IMG/VR virus record: IMGVR_UViG_3300027921_000165
Span: 1 to 36,392 of that record
Strand: one strand, 5' to 3'
DNA from: a virus
Lineage: Duplodnaviria; Caudoviricetes
DNA: 36,392 nt
The notes below the pieces were generated by a model, which made no database searches, had not been told where the DNA came from, and worked only from the letters and a program-made list of their open reading frames with translations. How positions within the stretch are numbered: position 1 is the stretch's first letter; every line of letters starts with the position of its first letter. Shown one piece after another: positions 1 to 9,018 of this stretch. A program made the translations under genes and the position numbers.

Positions 1-522
1 TCAGCGAACGCGCTTTAATACGGCTATCAGGTGATCCGCAGAAACGTGGGCAATCAGTGATTGGTCAGAACCTGGGAGACCTACCAAGGGGCGCGGCGTC
101 AGTCCGGGATGATGGACACGCTTGCGCACCAGGCCGCCGAACTTCAGCGCCTTGGCCTTCCTCGGCGAGATAACGTAGGGACGAGACCCGCTGTGATGAA
201 TATCCGCCAACTTCCCGTCTCGGCTGCCATCAAAGAACATCCGAAGGTGTCCATCTGCCACCTGATACTGAAACGAAGCGAGCATGCGGCCGGTTTTGCA
301 CAACGGCCCGCCTTTGCGTTTGCCTTCCGCCATGGTTGAGGCCGCCAATTCCTTCCACTTGGTGCCATCTGGGGCCAAGCCGGCATCGTGGCGTTCCTTA
401 TTCACGCGCAACAGCGACTCGCCGATATTCAGCAGCATTTCCCGGGGCGCCCCGATTTCCCGGCGGGCGGCATGCAAAGACCGGTTCAAATGATCGGCTT
501 GAAATTCAACGATGAGTTGCAT
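1..522 (-). CDS. Virion morphogenesis protein (Mu gpG / P2 S-like)
   Basis: Motifs 'APDGTKWKEL', 'L..TGRM..S', 'RPLVGL'; follows gpF. ATG 522 (MQLIVEF) preferred to ORF-track 579. Confidence 0.85.
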   Translation of the reverse strand: MQLIVEFQADHLNRSLHAARREIGAPREMLLNIGESLLRVNKERHDAGLAPDGTKWKELAASTMAEGKRKGGPLCKTGRMLASFQYQVADGHLRMFFDGSRDGKLADIHHSGSRPYVISPRKAKALKFGGLVRKRVHHPGLTPRPLVGLPGSDQSLIAHVSADHLIAVLKRVR

Positions 523-581
523 ATAGTTCACCCGTGGCGAAGAAGCTGTGGCCCTGCATGGCCCTCCAATCGGACCCACTG

Positions 582-610
582 ACGCGGCCCGTGCAGAGGC
601 CGCGTTTTTA
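582..610 (+). terminator. Hairpin + T-run facing opposite to the leftward late operon
   Basis: ACGCGGCC-(8 nt)-GGCCGCGT followed by TTTTATTT on + strand. Confidence 0.5.
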
Positions 611-1888
611 TTTCTGGTACATCAATCGTCCTACCCGCTGTTTGTTGAAATATTTCAGCCGGGCCTTGTCATTGGACGGGGACGCCATGAACGCGGTGGA
701 ACCGCTCCAGCCGGTACGCCCCCACTCGAACGCTACGATGCCATATTCGCCAGTTCCGGCCACCTCGAAGGCACGGAGATAGCGGCGCTTCAAACGCCAG
801 CGCCCGTTTTCTGCACGGTCTTGCTCCCAGTTCCACCAGATTTCATCCGGTTCAATCAAGGTCATGGCCAGGAGATGGATGAATTCCAGGCGCTCGGTCT
901 TTCCCGGCGCGGCCAGCCACTTGTACTGACCTTGGCCATCGGTGAATAGGGCTTTGGTGACCGCCAGGGTGACGCCGGAAACATCGGTGAACGCAACCCC
1001 CTGTGAAGGTGTTGCACCAAATACATCCAGGAAGTCCTTAACCGCCGTCTCGGGCGGCGTATTCGGTGGCAGGATGGCGCTCTTGGGAACGGCGGTCGGC
1101 TTGGGCGCCGCGGGAGGGGTAAAACCCGTGGGCCAGGCGGCATTTCGCTCTTTCAGAACCGCATCGTACCCGGTCAGGGGAGGCACGGTGTGCGGCTCCA
1201 GCCAGGCATTTCCGGGGTTATGAGCGAACCCTGGGTCTATGCCCTGGGGCGTCATGATGGTTCTGGGATTGGCGCCAGTCTTGCCCACCACCTTCTCTTC
1301 CCAGACGATGGGCGGGGCTTCATCCGGGCCGGACTTGCCCTTCTTCTGCCACTCCGTTTCGGCCTCATAGCGAGACAGGGAATTGACCCGGCAACGGCAA
1401 TGCCAGCCGTTCTGCGGCGCGTGGGTGTTCCACCAGGGATCATCCGCCGGCAGGATCAAGCCGTCCCAGGCTTTGTGCGCCAGGCGCGGGTGCTCAATCG
1501 TGACATGGCGGTATTGGAGATAAGGTCTCAGATGCTTCACCGCCATCATCTGAGACCAGCGGCCGGCGTTGTAAGCCTGGTTGATATTGGTGTCGTAAAT
1601 GACCCGGCTGCGCCAACCCGGGGCGCCCTTGTAGGCCCATCCATGTTTGGCGGCGATGGCCGGAAACTGTTCCTGGAAATCCTCGTACCCGCCGCCGGCC
1701 CACTTGGACTTCACCACGGCGTTATAGAGGTCTTCCACCAGGGCGTCTTTGTTGGCGCCGGCCACCACGAAGGCGTGGGAGTGCTGTTCCTGCCATACAT
1801 CCGTCCAACCAGATGTAGGAAGTTTGACCTTGGCTTTCAGGAAGTTTATGGCCTCCTGGAACTGGGCACGTTCCGTGGAATCAGACAT
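608..1888 (-). CDS. Mu gpF head morphogenesis protein with C-terminal PBECR2-like nuclease domain
   Basis: 'IYDTNINQAYNAGRW', 'HPRLAHKAWDG..LPADDPWW..HAPQNGWHCRC', 'GIDPGFAHNPG'; C-terminal 'LAMTLIEPDEIW..RRYLRAF'. Confidence 0.88.
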   Translation of the reverse strand: MSDSTERAQFQEAINFLKAKVKLPTSGWTDVWQEQHSHAFVVAGANKDALVEDLYNAVVKSKWAGGGYEDFQEQFPAIAAKHGWAYKGAPGWRSRVIYDTNINQAYNAGRWSQMMAVKHLRPYLQYRHVTIEHPRLAHKAWDGLILPADDPWWNTHAPQNGWHCRCRVNSLSRYEAETEWQKKGKSGPDEAPPIVWEEKVVGKTGANPRTIMTPQGIDPGFAHNPGNAWLEPHTVPPLTGYDAVLKERNAAWPTGFTPPAAPKPTAVPKSAILPPNTPPETAVKDFLDVFGATPSQGVAFTDVSGVTLAVTKALFTDGQGQYKWLAAPGKTERLEFIHLLAMTLIEPDEIWWNWEQDRAENGRWRLKRRYLRAFEVAGTGEYGIVAFEWGRTGWSGSTAFMASPSNDKARLKYFNKQRVGRLMYQK

Positions 1889-1890
1889 GG

Positions 1891-3480
1891 TCAATCCGTA
1901 CCGATATCCGCCCGCCCGGCGAGCTGGGCGGCCGACATGCCCAGGGCCATATCTTCCGCCCAGGCGTCCGGGAGACCGGTGCGCATGGCCAGGGCTTCGA
2001 TGCCGGACAGGGCTTCATCGAAGCCGTCCGCCTCGGCGATGATGGCGCCGACTTGTTGAATCAGTGCTTCCTCGTGGGGCACGCACAGGGCCGCCAGGCG
2101 TTCGGGGTAGTCCTCCACGTCGCCCAAGCCGCGCTCTCGTGACAGGGCCACCAGGCGGCTCAGGGCGGCGCCGGCGTCGGATGAGGGAGACGGAAGTCCG
2201 GCCTTGGAGACGGTCAGAATCTTTTGATCCTGCCCGCTCTTTTTGTCCTTTCCAGCACGGGGAATCTGGGTCACTTCGTGGGCGTAGTCCACGGATATCT
2301 CCATGCCCATCGCCGCGCCCAGGCTCAACACCTTGACCATCTTTTCCTGATCCGGCGTTTCGGAGGTGTTGTAGCGCAATCGGGGAAGACGGTCGGGCGG
2401 AAACATGCCGTTGAACAGGGCGATGGGGCGCACCAGTTGATCGTTCCAGGTCGGTTCAATCTGGCGTACATCGTGCAGCATGATCTCCCGGCGCACTTCA
2501 TTGTGCACCTGACCCAGGGCGTTGGTGCTGCTCTTGCCGTCCGCCTGGCTGGTGAGCGTCCCGCCCAGGATGGCCATGGATTGCTTCTTTTCCCAATAGG
2601 CGGTGGCGTTCAAAAAGTCGTCAATGCTGCCCGACTTCATGGCCTGGATAAACTCCAGGGACATGGTGGAGGGCACCACCCCGGCGCCGTCATTGCCGAT
2701 GTTGCGCACGGCCCGCAGCAGCGCGGAACGCTGCTTTTCTCCGATCCCGCTGGGGTACTTGCCCAACACCAGGGGCAGGCCATATTTCTCCAAGAATTTT
2801 TGCATGTCGCGCACGTTGTACGCCTTGTAGGCGTAGGTCCAGGCCAATACCCGGAACAGGGCCGCTTGTTCGATATAGCCCGATTTCGCCCGGTGTTCGT
2901 GCACGATCCAGCCGTGGGGCCGCAGCGGCTCGGGTACGCCGATACTCAGGTATTGCAGTTCGCCCGTGTCCCTATCGGTCTGAAAATGGCGCTGCGGCTC
3001 GAAATTCAGTGCCTGGGGCGACCATTCTTCGCCCAGCCGCCACTGGATTTCCAGGGCGGCCAGACCCTTGCCGATGGCGTCGGTCAGGTCATATTGCGCG
3101 TCCTCAAAACGGGGGATGGCGCACAGCATGTCTTTCAGTTCCCCGGTGCGATCCAGTTCCGATTGATCCGCATCTTTTGGTGGCAGCAAATCCCAGCCCA
3201 GGCCAGTCACGGCCCGGCGCCGTTTGCCGAGTTCGGAAAAAATGTGCGCGTCCTGTTCCTCTATCAGATCAAAGAGGCGGGCCTGTTCGGTGATGAAACC
3301 CTGATCCGCCATGGTGAATGCGGACGCCAGGCGCGTTGGGTCCAGGGTGTTCACCGACATGTAATTCAGGGTACTGCCCTGCATGGATCGCGCCTCGGCT
3401 TGGGTCTTATCCAGCCCCTTTGGCGCGACGGCCTTGGCCAGGCTGCCCAGGGCGGCTCGGGCTTTATCAAAAATCCTCAT
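1891..3480 (-). CDS. Portal protein (Mu gp29 / DUF935)
   Basis: 'EQDAHIFSELGKRRRAV', 'FLEKYGLP..LGKYP', 'ILGGTLTSQ..STNALGQVHNEVR'; start 3480 or 3489. Confidence 0.93.
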   Translation of the reverse strand: MRIFDKARAALGSLAKAVAPKGLDKTQAEARSMQGSTLNYMSVNTLDPTRLASAFTMADQGFITEQARLFDLIEEQDAHIFSELGKRRRAVTGLGWDLLPPKDADQSELDRTGELKDMLCAIPRFEDAQYDLTDAIGKGLAALEIQWRLGEEWSPQALNFEPQRHFQTDRDTGELQYLSIGVPEPLRPHGWIVHEHRAKSGYIEQAALFRVLAWTYAYKAYNVRDMQKFLEKYGLPLVLGKYPSGIGEKQRSALLRAVRNIGNDGAGVVPSTMSLEFIQAMKSGSIDDFLNATAYWEKKQSMAILGGTLTSQADGKSSTNALGQVHNEVRREIMLHDVRQIEPTWNDQLVRPIALFNGMFPPDRLPRLRYNTSETPDQEKMVKVLSLGAAMGMEISVDYAHEVTQIPRAGKDKKSGQDQKILTVSKAGLPSPSSDAGAALSRLVALSRERGLGDVEDYPERLAALCVPHEEALIQQVGAIIAEADGFDEALSGIEALAMRTGLPDAWAEDMALGMSAAQLAGRADIGTD

Positions 3481-5194
3481 CGTCTTCATCTCCCCAATCG
3501 TTTCGGTTGGCGGCGCGTGCCGTCCTGCGGCCGGAACGGGAACGGGCGGCCGAGGTGTAATCCCATTCGCCGCCGAACTGAGTGGCCAGGCGGTGCAGCA
3601 TTTCCAGGGCATCCGGGCCGTCGTCATGGTCGGCCTCCGGGTAGAACTTCAATTGCTCAATCAGCGTGGTCTGGGTTCGGTGCAGCCGAATCAGGCCGTT
3701 GGCCACATGCGGCTGCATGGACAGAATGGCCAGGTCTTTATCCCGCCCCGTGGCGCCGGGCAGACCGGGGAAAGCGATGCCCCGGGCGGCGGCGCGCTTG
3801 ATGAGTTCTGTGAACAGGAATTCCTGGAACGCCACGGTTTCCACCGTCCAGGCCACGCAGCCATAGGCCGCCTGCAGGTCTATGGCGCGGCTGATGATGA
3901 GATCGGGCACCCGGCGGGCGATTTCCGCCTCTACCACGTCCAGCACCATGGATTCCCGGTTCAGTCCGCCTACCAGGATGGCGGACGGATCGCGAGAGCG
4001 GTTGGACTTGCCCATGGACGGGTCTATGGCGCCGAAAAATACCCAATCCGCCCGCCGGTCCACCCAGAAGTGCAGGGTGCGGAAGGGCGCGGCATCGTCG
4101 TTGCCGGCTTCGTTCTGGTATTCCTGATTGAACGAATCGTGGTTCGTGGCCCGGATGCACATGAGCCGGTACAGGGGCCGGACTTCCGGCCAGGAGACCA
4201 CGGCGCCGGCCTCCATGGCGCCCCGGTGGGTGCGGTAGAAGTCCAGGGCTTCCGCCTCGGCGGCGATCTTCGCGTCGTCATCGTCGCCGCCACTGGTGTA
4301 CAGACCTTCCCATCTTTCCCACAAGTCCATGCGATCCGGCCATTTCATGATGGCCTTGAACACCCGGCGGCGCCAGCCGGGGGCGCGGGATACCCGGTTG
4401 ATGGCGGCATCGTAGTGCAGCGACGTTCCCGGCCAGAACACATCCATGCCGCCCTGGGGCGGCGCCAGGCCCAGCACGGCGGACAGCACGAAGCTTTGCA
4501 CCTTGTCCCGCTGTTTCTTGTCCTTTACGTTTTCATCGTTCTCCAGATCATCCAGGAAGATGAGATCAGGACGATAGGGGCCGTGCTTCATGCCCCGTAG
4601 CTTCTTGCCGGTGCCGCCGATCCGCACCTTGATGTTGTTGGCGGTCAGGATGGTGGTGGCCTGCCATACCCGGCCTTCCCCGGTGCATTTGGGAAAATCC
4701 ATGGCCAAGCGCGGGTTGGTATCCAGTTCCGCCTTGATGGATTCCAGCATTTCCGAGGCTTGTTCCTCGGTATTCATGACGATGCCGATCAAGTGCTTTT
4801 TCGCCTTGTCCGGCAGGCCACGCCCGGCCAGGTAGTCGGCGCGGCAGATACACCACAGAGAGCCAAGCTGGGTTTCGTAAGTGGATTTCGCCTCGCCCCG
4901 GGGCGCCTCATGCACCTCTCGGGCATCGCTGGGGCCGTTGATGCAGGCCGGCAGGCGCTGGAAAATGAATTGCTGGAAGAGCGAGAAGTGCGGTGTGGGT
5001 ACGTAGTGCGGAAAATAGGTCTGGCAGAAGAACGGGTAGTCGTCCACCGCCCGCTCCCGGCGCGCTTCGGAGGCGGCGGGATCTGTCGCAAAGGCCGCGC
5101 ATTCCAGTTCGATGGTGCGCCGCAGTTCCTCCCCCAGCCGGGATAGCTCCAGGTCGAAATCGCGGCGGGTTTTGATTTCCTTGCGGGGAGTCAT
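3467..5194 (-). CDS. Terminase large subunit
   Basis: 'APRGEAKST' Walker A, 'RPDLIFLDDLEND' Walker B, nuclease motifs 'IDPSMG' and 'HDDGPDALEM'. Confidence 0.95.
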   Translation of the reverse strand: MTPRKEIKTRRDFDLELSRLGEELRRTIELECAAFATDPAASEARRERAVDDYPFFCQTYFPHYVPTPHFSLFQQFIFQRLPACINGPSDAREVHEAPRGEAKSTYETQLGSLWCICRADYLAGRGLPDKAKKHLIGIVMNTEEQASEMLESIKAELDTNPRLAMDFPKCTGEGRVWQATTILTANNIKVRIGGTGKKLRGMKHGPYRPDLIFLDDLENDENVKDKKQRDKVQSFVLSAVLGLAPPQGGMDVFWPGTSLHYDAAINRVSRAPGWRRRVFKAIMKWPDRMDLWERWEGLYTSGGDDDDAKIAAEAEALDFYRTHRGAMEAGAVVSWPEVRPLYRLMCIRATNHDSFNQEYQNEAGNDDAAPFRTLHFWVDRRADWVFFGAIDPSMGKSNRSRDPSAILVGGLNRESMVLDVVEAEIARRVPDLIISRAIDLQAAYGCVAWTVETVAFQEFLFTELIKRAAARGIAFPGLPGATGRDKDLAILSMQPHVANGLIRLHRTQTTLIEQLKFYPEADHDDGPDALEMLHRLATQFGGEWDYTSAARSRSGRRTARAANRNDWGDEDDEDF

Positions 5195-5199
5195 GGCTA

Positions 5200-5487
5200 T
5201 TACCCTCCCGCGCTTGCCCCGCCCACGGATTTATCCGCAGTGGCCACGGCATTGCGTATTGACTTGATCCAGATTTTTGCAACTTCACCCTCTTGGGCTT
5301 TGTGCCGTAGCAGCGCCAGTTCCGCCGTGGGGAGGGTCGCCAATCCGCTGCCTTCATCCCCGTCGTGGATAATCTCGACGCAGAGGCTCACGCACTCGTC
5401 GCAAATCATCACGGACTGAGTGAGCGAAACCAGCTTTCTCACTTCGGAATGGGCTTTGCCACAGGCGGTGCATTTCAATTCAGCCAT
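5200..5487 (-). CDS. ClpX-type C4 zinc-finger small protein
   Basis: CTACGK....VRKLV......ICDECVSLC matches the ClpX zinc-binding domain pattern; no ATPase domain. Confidence 0.8.
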   Translation of the reverse strand: MAELKCTACGKAHSEVRKLVSLTQSVMICDECVSLCVEIIHDGDEGSGLATLPTAELALLRHKAQEGEVAKIWIKSIRNAVATADKSVGGASAGG

Positions 5488-6190
5488 ACACTTTCCCTTC
5501 CAGGCTCAACGTACTTCTGGAACCATCCACCCCGCGATGCAGCTTTGCCGACCTTCCAGCGGCCGCTCCTGCGGTAAGATCGTTGTAGTCATGGTTACGG
5601 AGGGAACGGTCGCCGTTTCGATCCCGGCTGTTGAGCGACTTCAGAGCCGGATAGCGCTTCGATGTGTAGGCATCAATGGCCCCCGAGTTATCGTCCCCCC
5701 CGGAAAACTTGCTGATAGTTGATGCGACGGCATGAACCCAACTCTCACAAAACAAGTCGGCACGCCTCACCTTCGAAGCCGCTTTGCAGCGCTTCAGAAG
5801 CCCCTTGATATGTTGTGCACGGGCATTTTTAGCCTGGCGGAAAAGAACGCGGAATGCGTAATCGGCTATTTCCGGAGCGGCGCCAGTTCCGATGAAGACC
5901 CACTCCCCGCAGTCCTTTCGTGGGTTGTACGAAAACAGGATTCGGCATCCAAAGGCATCGGAAATCCGGGACGCGAGTGCCGTTTCCCAGTTGGCAGGCG
6001 TTCGGGTAGCCCCCGCCCGCGCCCGTCTCTCACTCGCTTCCGCTGCGGCCATGTCCAAGTCGGAAACGCCGTGCTTTTCCATGAGTGCCTTCGCTTGCCG
6101 GAGAGCCGCCGCCGCTTCGTGCTCATTGCTCGACTTGCCAAGTGCCAGGCATTTCTTGATCTTGTCGAGCATCTTGTCCTTATCATCCAT
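5480..6190 (-). CDS. DUF2786-domain protein
   Basis: N-terminus 'KMLDKIKKCLALGKSSNEHEAAAALRQAKALMEKH'; ATG 6190 overlaps the end of the upstream gene. Confidence 0.85.
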   Translation of the reverse strand: MDDKDKMLDKIKKCLALGKSSNEHEAAAALRQAKALMEKHGVSDLDMAAAEASERRARAGATRTPANWETALASRISDAFGCRILFSYNPRKDCGEWVFIGTGAAPEIADYAFRVLFRQAKNARAQHIKGLLKRCKAASKVRRADLFCESWVHAVASTISKFSGGDDNSGAIDAYTSKRYPALKSLNSRDRNGDRSLRNHDYNDLTAGAAAGRSAKLHRGVDGSRSTLSLEGKVYG

Positions 6191-6677
6191 ATCTCTGCCC
6201 CAAAATCGCCCCGATGCCCTCGAAGTGCGGTTGCATTGCCCGCAGCGCGGCGGGATCGTTCTCACGCAGGAAGTCGGCGATGGTGCGCAGGGTGTCCAGG
6301 GACACGGCCAGGCCGGAAAACTGTGGGTTGACGCGGGAGAACGCCTTGGAGAACTTGGCGTAGGCATCCGCCAGTTGGGCCAGCAGTTGGGCTTTGTCGG
6401 CGGCGGGGATGGTGGCGGTTTCCAGCTCCCGGGTGGTGGTGATGACCTGGCGCGCAAAGTCCTCGACGAGCTGCTTGTTCAGATCGTCGATGCCGGCTTC
6501 CGAAATGCGGTAGGCGGAACGGGCGGTGTCCCAATCGTCGCCCTTGGCTTTGCCCTTCACTTTCCAGTCCCGCGCCGTGTCGTAGGCCACGCCGCAGGTG
6601 ACGGCCGCTCCGTTCAGGGGCATGCCCTCAACGTACAGCCGCCGTACCTGGTCGCGGGTTTCCTGAGAATGGGCCAT
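6183..6677 (-). CDS. DUF1804 (Mu gp27-like) probable small terminase
   Basis: N-terminal HTH 'VRRLYVEG.PL..AA..CGV...TARDWK...GDDWD.AR'; lies upstream of large terminase. Confidence 0.85.
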   Translation of the reverse strand: MAHSQETRDQVRRLYVEGMPLNGAAVTCGVAYDTARDWKVKGKAKGDDWDTARSAYRISEAGIDDLNKQLVEDFARQVITTTRELETATIPAADKAQLLAQLADAYAKFSKAFSRVNPQFSGLAVSLDTLRTIADFLRENDPAALRAMQPHFEGIGAILGQRYG

Positions 6678-6678
6678 G

Positions 6679-7101
6679 TCAGAAGCGCTTGATGAGTTCG
6701 ACCAGGCCGGCCGCCATGGCGCCGCCCACGCCACCGCCCAGGGCGGACAGCTTCGAGACTTTCTCGATCATCCGTTTATCCTCGGCCTCCAGGTTCGTGA
6801 CCCGGGTGCCCAGGCCGTCCAGACGCTTGGACACAGAGGCGTCCAGGTTGGTCACGGAAGTCCCCATGTCGCTGATGCGTTGGTTGATGGCCTCCCCTTG
6901 GTCTTCGATCTGGCGCACCAGGCTGGTCTCGATACGATCCATGCGCTCATTGCTGGCCTGATCCAGGCGCCGGATGTCAGCCCGAATGTCATCAATTCGG
7001 GCGGTGATACCCTGATTCATGGCCTGTACGGCACCCGAGAGTTGCCCCAGGCTGTGCATGATTTGGGAGTTGTCCCGGCGTTCCGCTTCCTGGGCGTCCA
7101 T
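6679..7101 (-). CDS. Coiled-coil protein with hydrophobic C-terminus
   Basis: 140 aa ORF packed between spanin and DUF1804 genes; heptad pattern, Gly-rich hydrophobic tail. Confidence 0.7.
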   Translation of the reverse strand: MDAQEAERRDNSQIMHSLGQLSGAVQAMNQGITARIDDIRADIRRLDQASNERMDRIETSLVRQIEDQGEAINQRISDMGTSVTNLDASVSKRLDGLGTRVTNLEAEDKRMIEKVSKLSALGGGVGGAMAAGLVELIKRF

Positions 7102-7601
7102 TATTTTTCTCCTTCAAAATCTATCAATGCGCCGAGTCTGCCCCGGCAGGTTTCGTACTGGTTTTGGGCGACGGCAATCCAGCCGGCGATGTCGGTATCG
7201 GTGGCAGCGGCGCCATCTTCCGCAGCAGGCTGGCCGGGGGGCGGGGGCACGGCGCCAGAGCCACTGTCGGCGGACTGGTTGAGCAGGCGCACAAGGTCAG
7301 CGTCAAGGCAAGAGCGGCCGGTAGTACGGCGGGCGATTTCACGGGAGACCTCCTGGGTTTGGGTGGCAAGGGCGGCTTCGGTTTCATTCAGGAGAGCCGT
7401 GAGCGTGTCGCCCCGCTCCTGAACGGCTTGCAGGCGTTCGCGCGCCTGGCGTTCGGCGCTCGCCTGGGCCTGGGCGTGCTTGGCCTCGGTCCGGGCTATC
7501 TGTGCCTGGTAGAACCATTTCACCGGAACGGCACCCGCTGTCAGGCCGACCACGAAGGCGGCGGCGTACAACCAGCCGGTGGGGACAAAAGGAATATTCA
7601 C
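7101..7601 (-). CDS. Rz-like inner-membrane spanin
   Basis: GTG overlapping endolysin stop, N-terminal TM segment, coiled coil, Cys residues; contains nested lipoprotein ORF. Confidence 0.75.
   Translation of the reverse strand: MNIPFVPTGWLYAAAFVVGLTAGAVPVKWFYQAQIARTEAKHAQAQASAERQARERLQAVQERGDTLTALLNETEAALATQTQEVSREIARRTTGRSCLDADLVRLLNQSADSGSGAVPPPPGQPAAEDGAAATDTDIAGWIAVAQNQYETCRGRLGALIDFEGEK
7124..7342 (-). CDS. Rz1-like outer-membrane spanin lipoprotein nested in Rz
   Basis: AGGAGG then GTG at 7342; signal peptide with lipobox LCAC; Pro-rich mature part; different frame within Rz. Confidence 0.75.
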   Translation of the reverse strand: MKSPAVLPAALALTLTLCACSTSPPTVALAPCPRPPASLLRKMAPLPPIPTSPAGLPSPKTSTKPAGADSAH

Positions 7602-8248
7602 GGATTGACCTCCCGTCCCCAGCCCCGGTACAGGGGCTGGAGCGTAATCAGGATGCGGCGGGGATAGCCCAGGTTTTCCTGGCAATGAACCGGGGCACGC
7701 TTGGCCCGGCCGCAGGTGGCGTCAATGCTGTCCCGGCCCTTTGCCGGGGGCGCCCCTGCCAGCGCGGCTTCCTTCTGCCAGTGGCCCAGGCCGCCGTTGT
7801 AGGCGCGCAAGGCTCCCCATAGGCGGTCGTATTCGGAAGGGCCGCTCACCCGCTCATAGAGCCAGCGGTCGAAACCCACCAGGGCGCGCAGTGCCCAGGC
7901 GGGGTTTTCCGGCTGGCATTCCTCGGGGGAGAGCTTGTTGATCTGGCACCACCAGGTTGCTGTGCCGGGCATGAATTGCGCCATGCCCTTCGCACCGACG
8001 CGGGACACGGCCAGGGGGTTCCAGGCACTCTCGGCGTGCACCTGGGCGGCAAACGCGGCCACCGGCGCATCCAGGCCCCAGGCTTGGCGGGCGCTCTTCA
8101 CCAGGTCGGCGCGGTATTTCAGGGCCGCGCGGGGCGGGGTCGTGGGGCCGGCTTCAGCCGGCCGGGCACTTGGGCGGGCTTAAGCCGGCCCCACAGCCAC
8201 GCCTACACATGAGCAGCAGAGCAGTACCAGGACGGCCAGGCGCTTCAT
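7598..8248 (-). pseudogene. Lytic transglycosylase (SLT) endolysin interrupted by in-frame TAA at codon 23
   Basis: SLT motifs 'QVHAESAWNP.A.S..GAKGMAQFMPGT' and 'ALRAYNGG.G'; ATG 8248 (MKRLAVLVLLCC..) is in frame with ORF 7598-8101 but TAA occurs at 8182-8180. Confidence 0.75.
8142..8194. repeat. REP doublet (REPIN-like) inside endolysin 5' region
   Basis: GTGGGGCCGGCTTCAGCCGGCC-8nt-GGGCGGGCTTAAGCCGGCCCCAC. Confidence 0.75.
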
Positions 8249-8442
8249 GACTTGTGCCCCTTCACGGCGCCCAGGCGCTCGGTGTACTCCTGGCGCAGGA
8301 TGTCCTTATCCCGCCCCAGGAGGTAATCACCGTGTTTCTTGGCCGCCGCCTTCAGTTCCGCCGCCGACGCCGCCGATTGAATTTCCCGGCGAAAGTTGGC
8401 GGCGTGCACCTTGGATAGGTGCGGATTGGTGACGACAGCCAT
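8245..8442 (-). CDS. Hypothetical protein (65 aa) between holin and endolysin
   Basis: ATG 8442 directly after holin stop; its stop overlaps the endolysin ATG. Confidence 0.65.
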   Translation of the reverse strand: MAVVTNPHLSKVHAANFRREIQSAASAAELKAAAKKHGDYLLGRDKDILRQEYTERLGAVKGHKS

Positions 8443-8443
8443 G

Positions 8444-8884
8444 TCAGGCCCCCAGGCCCATGGCCAGCATGGCGGCGCCGACGATGATGGCGCGGCGGAG
8501 CATGGCGGCGGCGAAGATGATGTCAGTGCCCGGCTGTAGGGCGTAATCGGTGATGAACGGCGCGCCCGGGGACCACGGTTTGACCAGCCAGGTATCCGGC
8601 CGGGCATAGGGGAACAGCGACCGGTCCAGCCAGTAGCCCACCAGCCCGGCCGTGGCCACCAGGGACAGCTTGTAGAGGGAGACCGGCAGTTGGTGCGGCG
8701 CCAGGGCCAGGATGGCGGCCAACAGCAGGCCGGTGATGGCCAGCCAGCCGGACAGGCGCGGCAACGGGCGCCGGATGCGAGCGGTGAGCCGATGAGCAGC
8801 GAACAGCACAACGGCAAAGCCCAGCAGGGCCAGCAGGGCCAGGCCCCAGAAAGTCCAGTTGATGAGGTCGAGTAGGTGGTACAT
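8444..8884 (-). CDS. Putative holin (2/3-TM family of Mu-like phages)
   Basis: 'PRLSGWL', 'YKLSLV...G.VGYWLDRSLFPYARP', 'MLRRAIIV'; first gene of lysis cassette. Confidence 0.85.
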   Translation of the reverse strand: MYHLLDLINWTFWGLALLALLGFAVVLFAAHRLTARIRRPLPRLSGWLAITGLLLAAILALAPHQLPVSLYKLSLVATAGLVGYWLDRSLFPYARPDTWLVKPWSPGAPFITDYALQPGTDIIFAAAMLRRAIIVGAAMLAMGLGA

Positions 8885-8911
8885 GGCAAGCTCCGGTCAA
8901 GGTGTGGCCAA

Positions 8912-8958
8912 AGCTTACGCAGGCGCGCGGAGCGCTATAAGGCGGGAAACGTTTCCCG
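8912..8958 (-). promoter_or_regulatory. Late promoter 1 (lysis/packaging operon)
   Basis: Perfect palindrome CGGGAAACGTTTCCCG 8943-8958, 25 bp spacer, TAAGCT (8917-8912). Confidence 0.8.
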
Positions 8959-9018
8959 TGTGGAAGTCGGGAAAGGAAAGGAATGCAATAGCCGCCAGAT
9001 CAACCGAAGGGGAGCGTG

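Noticed and set aside
2224-4600. Long + strand ORFs (525 aa, 405 aa), and similar antisense ORFs at 13675-15033, 23337-24893 and 28911-30002
   Set aside because: Shadow frames opposite well-supported genes in GC-rich DNA; no recognisable motifs
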